From the NCBI GenBank assembly GCA_951406725.2, contig OX597824.1, positions 73,222,001 to 73,286,000 of the forward strand: 64,000 nt of DNA, given 5' to 3'. A program made the position numbers and the translations under genes. Under the pieces are notes generated by a model. It made no database searches and was not told the origin of the DNA. It worked only from the letters and a program-made list of their open reading frames with translations. Every line of letters begins with the position of its first letter. Position 1 is the stretch's first letter. Origin of the DNA: Octopus vulgaris (taxonomy: Eukaryota). Positions 55,841-64,000 of the stretch are shown here, piece by piece.

Positions 55841-57289
55841 ATGCAAACCAACAAACTATCAAAATGCTACTTTATGACTTTCTGTGATTAACACCTACTC
55901 TCGGTCCCTCACTCAGACTGCTAATATTTATGGTCATTTGGTTAAGTCTATTCTCACAGGGGGTGTTGTAACTTTTATCACAACAGATACAAAACTCCAT
56001 CATTGAAATATAGATAACAAAGACAATTTCACGTTTTAAACTTGAGAAAAGTCTTGCGTATTTTTCTGTTCCACTTACAGATTGCATTTGTAATGTAAAA
56101 GTTAACTGGTTGATTTCTTTTTCTGAAAACCTTAGCTTATCCAGATTCTCACTTTACTCACATGTGTACATTTATGTATGCATTTACTCACTTATCTGCT
56201 CTCTGTCTGTGCGTACGTGCATGCGTACATACATGTGTGTGTGTGTGTATGTGTGTGTGTGTGTATGTGTGTGTGTGTGTGCGTGAGTGTCAGTGACTGA
56301 TCCGACAACTCCACTAAGCTTGCCTGCCTGGTGAGGAGAGTAATTTCTGAACATCCTGAGGGATATAAAAAAAAACAAGATCCATTAAAGAGCAAATGAA
56401 TTCATGTAAATCAATAGTCATCCAGTTGTGTGCAAATATGCTTCTTTCAAATCTCTGCTGATTTTTAGGTATCCTTTAGTAGCTAGTCTTGCAGTGGTAG
56501 AGATATGATGATATGTGCAGGCTTAACAATGTGAAGGCGCACAGCTGTGAATCTCCACAAGTTATCTCAGAACACATATGCAATGAAGATTATTGGGATG
56601 ATGGAGATTAATTTGGCTACCATCTATCAAGATGGAATAATCTTCATATCTTGTATGTGTATATATGTGTGTGCATGTATGCATACATACATATGTATAT
56701 GTATATGTGCATGCATACAAACATGTATGTATCCCAGTCTTTATTGCTACCATCAATTATTTTGGTGCTTGTTTTGCCATGGTTACAGTTTTTGCCACAG
56801 TCTGTGAGCAACCTTTGGTGTCCTTTGTCATCTTTGTGAGGCTTGACATCCTAAAGTTGGTCTCCACAACTTCATCACATGTATTCCTTGGCTTCTCCCT
56901 GTCTGTCTGATTCCCTTTCCCTCTCTCTATTTCTCTCTTTCTTTCTTCCTTCTTTTCACAGTTTCTGTACACTTTGAATGGCTTGTAATGATTTATAAAG
57001 CTGTCTTCCTCCATATACTTTACAACCTTGTACCAGTGCAGCCTTCTTTCTTGTACACTACATCTGATTCCTCTTTTACTCCATTCATTTGTGTTCTATC
57101 ACTGTTGCACATCACTTGGCTCAACCTTACTCTATTTCTTTCCAGCCTTCACATATCCTCTGCATTCAAGGCTTATGTCTTGCTATTCATATACATATGC
57201 ATCATAAAACCTGCCCTTTATTCTGAGAGGGCCACCTTTTATTACAACCTATGTAATAGTGACTAAAATTTCTTTCTTTCTGGCTACTA

Positions 57290-57840
57290 CAGTTTCAGAA
57301 TATTCACCATACTGCTAATTATATCACCAAGGTAATTAAATCATTTAGGTAATTAAAGCTATCATCTATATCTAAGGAACCATCTAAGCATTTGAGAGAT
57401 TCTATTTCCTGTGTTCTATTCATGCTTATTATCCCTGTGCATCTTTGGCATATGAAGTGTATCTTCTCCATTAGCCTACCTCATATCCTTCTACACCTCT
57501 TGTATGCCTGTAGGTTTACACAGGGTACACTCTATGGAGTTTCTACCTACTTTTCTGCATATTTAGTAGAGCCATTTCCCTGATGGTAACACGGTCTTGT
57601 CTTCTTATTTACTATAACTGTAGTCTTTGTTAAGTTTACTTTTCCAGGTTTTGCTTCCAAGTTGGGAATATTTTTTTCTAAATCTTTCATTGATTCAGCT
57701 ATAAGAACTAAATAATCAGTACACAGGAGTACCAATGGACAGCCATTCTTAGACTCCTCTGTTGTAGCCTGCATAACATAGGTGAACAGAAGTGGGCTGA
57801 AAACTGAGTCTTGATGGATGCCCACTTGCATGCTAAATCT
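57290..57840 (-). mobile_element. RTE-clade LINE RT relic
   Basis: VGIHQDSVFSPLLF...LLCTDYLVLIAES...KVNLTKT. Confidence 0.65.
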
Positions 57841-58393
57841 GCCCTTGTAGTAATTAGTGAATCTCAGTATGCTAACTTTACTATCAGCCCCTACTATATG
57901 TGCTTTTCCCCATACCTATTTCTTTACTACCCACAAGGGGCTAAACACAGAGAGGACAAACAAGGATGGACAAACGGATTAAGTCGATTATATCGACCCC
58001 AGTGTGTAACTGGTACTTATTTAATCGACCCCGAAAGGATGAAAGGCAAAGTCGACCTCGGTGGAATTCGAACTTAGAACGTAGCGGCAGATGAAATACC
58101 GCTAAGCATTTCGCCCGGTGCGCTAACGTTTCTGCCAGCTCACTGCCTTTTCCCCATACCACTATCACCACAGCCACCACCATCTCCACTGTCACAACAA
58201 CAAACAACAACAACAACACTACTGAACTCACTTTTCTAACAACACTTCCCATTCACTCTCACCTTCACCATCACTCCCAACTGCACTAATCAATACTAAT
58301 TAATTACATCAACTACTACCGCTATTACTACAACAAAAACTACTACTACCTTTACTACTGCTTCTAATTATCTATTGCTTATGCTCCCTACAG

Positions 58394-58441
58394 AGACAGA
58401 GGCAAGATCAATCCAGCAGGCGCGCTAGCTATGGAGATGTG
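58394..58441 (+). CDS. CDKL1: Probable CDKL1-like C-terminal tail exon: RQRQDQSSRRASYGDV
   Basis: ctaat branch-like motif, ctccctacAG acceptor, GTG|GTAGGT donor; 48 nt open in phase 0, matching previous exon; no homology support available to me. Confidence 0.6.
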
Positions 58442-58817
58442 GTAGGTATATTGTGATGTCGGTGGATAGCACTTGTGGTAGTGGTGGTGATGGTGGTGGT
58501 GGTGGTGGTGGTGGTGGAATCATATATACTGGTGCTAGGAGCAGAGGTACTGGTATGTTAAGTTGGTCAGTGTGGCTAACAATACTGTATAGTCTTTATG
58601 TAAATGTGTATATATGTATATATATATATATATACATACATATATACATACATACATATATTGGCGGTGCCCCAGCATGGCCACAGCTCGTGAGCTGAAA
58701 CTAGATAAAATAAAAATAAAATAAATATATATATATATATGTATGTATGTATATATATATATATGTATATATATGTATATATATATATGTATATATATGT
58801 ATATATATGTATGTATA

Positions 58818-58876
<59 letters not shown>

Positions 58877-59349
58877 TATTGTGTCTGGGGAGAGTCATTT
58901 TCTTTTCGTGCCTAATTATTTAACACACTCACCGGTTCAATTTCCACTCATTTATTTTTTTATTTTCTCTAAAATTTCCATTGTGTCTTGCAACCTTTTC
59001 AATAGTTGTTGACTCTGTCTGTTATCAGAGCTGCATTCTTTTTGTTTGTTTGCTTGTGTGCATCAGTGTGCATGTGTATACACATATGTATGTAAGTATG
59101 TATGTATGTATGTATGTATGTATGTGCATGTATGTATCTGTATGCATATATATATGTATGCATGTGTGTACATTTGTATGTATGTATGTATTCTGTATAC
59201 TCATGTGTTTGCGTGTTCATGTTTGTGTGTTAGTATGTGTATGAGTTTGTGTGGCTATGTATGTGCATCTGCTATGTATGGATGTGTTTCCATATGTGTC
59301 CTTGTGTGTGTGTATTAAGTGTGTGTGTGTGTGTGTATATGGTCATGTG

Positions 59350-59501
<152 letters not shown>

Positions 59502-60663
59502 TTATATATTGATCTGTATTTTCGGGTAATTATAGCCCCTGTCAATACATATGCATACAATTATGTGCTTTGACTACAGCATTAAAGCATTTTAGCTCTT
59601 ATTTCTAGCAATGCAGGTGTTTCTAACAACCTAGTCATATTTAGTGACAATTATAGTCTTCCTTTTTGGTAAAACATAGCATACTGCTGTCTATATTAAT
59701 TTTATATATGTATGTGTGTGTATGTGTATGATGTATGTATATGTATGTGTATATAAATGTCATCATCATAATCATCATCAGAGCTTTTTGTCCAGTTTCC
59801 AAGCGGGTATGGGTTGGATGGATCATCATGGTTTGAAGTGGCTATTAGTTGGAGTCATTGCTATCCTAGACAAATTGGTGAATGACGTTCCACTCTCATG
59901 TTCTATTTTGGAATGATTTCTTCAGCTGGACACCCTTACTGACATCAACCACTATACAGAGTGTACTGGGTGCATTCTATCATAGCATCAATACTAGAAA
60001 CATTGCCATGTTCTCAACAAAACGTGACTGAAGTGTCCTCTTGACCCTATGTCTCTGCTCATTCATAAACCCCTTTGGTGAGTGTACTGGATATATTTTA
60101 TCAAGGTGGTGGCATTAATGAGGTTTCCTTGTATTCTGCAAGATAAAAGAGACTGCACTACTTCATGTTGTCTCTCTTCAAGGCAATGAAATCATCTGAA
60201 GAAAAAGCAATTGATGAGATTATGGAAAAAGCTGTACTATGAGGTGGGAACAGGGATATTTGAGTGACAATGTGGAAAATGAAGGAGACAATACTATAAA
60301 GATTAAAGGAAAATAATAGAAATGGGAGGGAGTAATGAGAGAAGTAGTAATGGCAGAAGGTAATGGGAGAGAGACACTGATGACAGTTTCATGTTTGCTG
60401 GTAAGGTAGTGTGAGTAATGGTTACTCATAGAATTGGTTGGTGATGACTAGGTGTATAGAAGGATAATGATAGCTGTCACTAGAGAGAGATTGAATGAGG
60501 AATAATCTTGATGGCAAAAGCAAGAGAGTGACGGATGTTAACAAAAGTATTACAGGATTATAAATGGGGAGATGTAACAGATACAAAAAATTCCTCATTA
60601 CTTGGGCATCGTGCAGGGAGAGAGAGATGCATGAAGTGATATAGATAATGGTATGGGAAATTG

Positions 60664-61080
60664 AGGCAAGCTGGCAGAATCGTTAGCACACCGGGCGAAG
60701 TGCTTAGCGGTATTTCGTCTGCCGCTCCGTTCTGTGTTCAATTTCTGCCAAGGTCAACTTTGCCTTTCATCCTTTTGGGGTCGATTAAATAAGTACCAGT
60801 TACGCACTGGGGTCGATGTAATCAACTTAATTCATTTGTCTGTCCTTGTTTGTCTCCTCTGTGTTTAACCCCTTGTGGGTAGTAAAGAAATAGGTATTTC
60901 TTCCGACTTTTACGTTCTGAGTTCAAATTCCGCTGGGGTCGACTTTGCCTTTCATCCTTTCGGGGTCGATTAGATAATTACCAGTTACGCACTGGGGTCG
61001 ATGTAATCGACTTAATTCGTTTGTCTGTCCTTGTTTGTCCCTTCTGTGTTTAGCCCCTTGTGGGTAGTAAAGAAATAGGT
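60664..61080 (+). mobile_element. SINE family C dimer
   Basis: Two tandem core units. Confidence 0.8.
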
Positions 61081-61949
61081 ATGGGAAGTTGAATATGGAC
61101 AGGTCCAGTGTTTTCACTCATTACACAAGTGGCAGGATACAGTGAATAGGGAGGAAAAGAGAAAGTAAAGATTATTTAAAAGGCAAAACAGGTGGCACAA
61201 GGAAGATAGCTGAGACATAATGGGCAAAAGCCTTAGATGCAGATATAATAGCTACGCCTGCCACCATCACCATCTCCATTTTAACATATGCTTCATCATA
61301 CTTGCACGAGTGGTCAGGTTTTCTCCAGCACTGTGTGTCACCAATCATCACAGTCTTTCATCATTTCCTCTGTGACATGCAACATTTTGAGATCAGTTTT
61401 CACCATTTTGTCCCAAGTTTTTCTCAGTTTCCCTCTTCCACAGGCTCCATTCACTTTCAGCACTCAGCTTTCTTTATATACCTCTCATCTTTCATACACA
61501 TCACATGCTCATACCAGCACAGCCTTCTCTGTTGCACACCACATATGATTCATTTTTATATTGTTTTTTTCTCTTAAATCATTTGTATTCTGCCATTCAT
61601 TTTACATCCATTGAAGCATGCTCACCTCATCTCTTTCTAAACTTTGCACATCCTTCTCATTCAAGACCCATAATTAACTACCATACAGCATAGTACTTCA
61701 AACAGAAACCTTATCAAATCTATCCGTCACTTGGAGGAATCCCTTTATTACCAGCAGAAATCATAACTCCTTGAACTATGTATCAGCCCAATTTTATTCT
61801 AGCTATTACGTTTGCAGGACATCCACTCCCATTAGTTACTTGGTCAACTAGATAACAAGAACTATCAACTATTACTAAGGATCCTTCCAGTCATTTAAGA
61901 GAATTTATTTCCCAGTTAGCTTGCCTATGATCCCACTACATCCCTGTGC

Positions 61950-62850
61950 ATCTTTACGTAGCTTGTATGGTGCTCAAAACCATGTATCTACTCCTAGCTT
62001 TCTTGGCAACCTCCAGATTACTGAACAGGAAACAGTGTCAAAAACCTTCTCTTGGAACAATAAATGCCAAATATAGGGGCTTGATGCTATCTAATTATTT
62101 CACCTGCAGTTGCCTCCCTATGAAATTGATGAAAATAGTTACTATTGCTGGTACAAAATTCGAACTGCATTTAATCTAGGTTAATACTCTTCCTAATCAA
62201 TTCGCAGACAACTCTTTCTGTAACTTTCATAACTTGACTCAACAATTTGATGCCCTTGTAATAGCCTCTTTCCTGTGCATCACCTTTACCAAAAGAACAG
62301 TTGATGATAATACTACTACAATAGTGATTGAGTCTCAATCTCATCTGTGTTACTGTTTCAAGGGACTTGCACATGCCCTACTCTGCTTGATATTTCAATC
62401 ATTTCAATGACTATCTTTGATGGATCAACTCCCTTCCCTGTCTCCATATTCTTAATTGCTCTATTTACCATACTGCTGTCAACTTGGACAGCTAATCCCT
62501 CAATTGGGTCCACTTTGGATAGACTCTGTCTCATCCTTGAATATTCCTCATTCAAAGGTATCTCATAACAGCTTCTTTCTTTTTGGCATTGGTAAGTGCA
62601 AGTGGACCACTATCATTCTGAATACAGCTTTCCTAATGATGTTTCAATATAATCTACTCGTGGTATACTGCACCACAAGCCAAAATGCTTCACACTTCAT
62701 ATCATCACAATGTAGAACATTAGCAAATGTCTCGCTTTTGGTTTCTCCCATTGCTAAGTGAACCTGACCTCTAGCTTCTCTTCCTTTTTATTTGATTTTG
62801 CTCTTTGCTTCTACCCCTCTACTAGTTTTCTTCCAGAGAACTCTGCCATC
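61950..62850 (-). mobile_element. RTE-clade LINE relic
   Basis: AIKNMETGKG...GKGDAQERGYYKGIKLLSQVMKVTERV. Confidence 0.65.
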
Positions 62851-63110
62851 CTCTTCCCCACATCGCCCTCTTTTTGACAGAGACTTTATCTAACCACAAA
62901 TCTTCTCTTTCTCTCTCCCTCACACACACACACACACAAACACATGAAAATAGGAAGAAGGGTAGTTAGAGATAAATGTATCAATATATTGACTGCACAA
63001 GTATTTTCATCCCCTGCTTAAGGTTATCAGCCAATTAATGCTATCTAGAAGTTTTCATCTCAAAGTGGCAACAATAAACGACTTCTACCATGCACATATA
63101 TACATATATG

Positions 63111-63161
<51 letters not shown>

Positions 63162-63420
63162 ATCACGTGACCGACCAGACCATCAGATGTTGTTACACAT
63201 CACTGGTCACAATGCGTTCGCATTGTTTTAGCCTTCGAATGACGCCACCCCGCTGGCTAAGCGAGCAGGCCATATATATATATATATATATATACATACA
63301 TACAATGTACAATATCTTTACATATCTTTATATATCTTATTTCTACTTTCATTCTCTTATTCCCCTCTATATTCCTAATCTTTTCCACAATAATTCAAAC
63401 TCAAATATTTTCTCACACCA

Positions 63421-63466
63421 TCTCTGATGAAGGAATATCCATAATATCCCAGAAACAGCTGTAAGA
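63421..63466 (+). ncRNA. Minimal type I hammerhead ribozyme motif (Penelope-associated type)
   Basis: TCT-CTGATGA-A-GGAATAT(CCATA)ATATCCC-A-GAAA-CAGCTG-TA-AGA: both core boxes, stem II, palindromic stem III, GUA triplet, 3-bp stem I. Confidence 0.6.
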
Positions 63467-63756
63467 CTATTTCATTATAAATGTCTTGAAAACTCCTCTC
63501 AGCCTTGGTTTTGTTATCTCATTTGGTCTAATATAAATGCGCGTCATCGTTTTAAGGTGTATTTTTTTAATGTATGTATATTATTTAATATAGAAATTTT
63601 AGCACAATATTAATAATAAAGTCGTTTTGTGTATTTTTTTAATGTATATTATTTAGTATAGAAATTTTTAGTAAAATGTTAATAATATATTTAAATCTAT
63701 ATATCTTTCAATATTTATTGAATTACTTTATGGAGGTTCTATCTTTTAATTCTATA

Positions 63757-63797
<41 letters not shown>

Positions 63798-64000
63798 TAT
63801 ATAGCCATCATCACCATCATCATCATCTAACATCCACTTTTCCATGCTTGCATGTATCAGATGGAATTTTTGAGACAGTCTTCTATGGTTGGAAGCCCTT
63901 CCTATTGCCAACCCTTTCCAAGTAAGGTAAAGTTTACTATGGTCAGGCACTTTTTTTATGCGAGGCTGGATATTAACTAACTCTCATGATGTCAAGGTAA

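Noticed and set aside
63049-63110. Possible last CDKL exon KFSSQSGNNKRLLPC
   Set aside because: Weak acceptor, runs into a microsatellite, no homology support

Overview
Repeat-dense, AT-rich animal genomic DNA. The SINE families and microsatellite load are most consistent with an octopod cephalopod; this is an inference, not a database result. The one host gene I can support is a + strand cyclin-dependent kinase-like gene (CDKL1/4 type, TDY activation loop). Seven phase-compatible GT-AG coding exons lie at 26333-51551, with a probable eighth at 58394-58441. I could not find the first coding exon (Gly-rich loop, VAIK), and the C-terminus appears to run past the window. The rest is mostly transposon-derived: several SINE families, a young CR1-group LINE, Dong/R4-like, RTE and Penelope relics, a decayed Gypsy element, Chapaev3-, hAT- and Tc1-type DNA transposons, and MITEs. 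Most ORFs in the supplied track are microsatellite or SINE artefacts. The best leads are two Penelope-type minimal hammerhead ribozyme motifs on the gene strand, a perfect RFX X-box 10 nt past a splice donor, a NAGNAG acceptor in the activation loop, an inverted retroposon pair bracketing three exons, and an intronic CpG-retaining island. I see no evidence of a wholly new multi-gene system.
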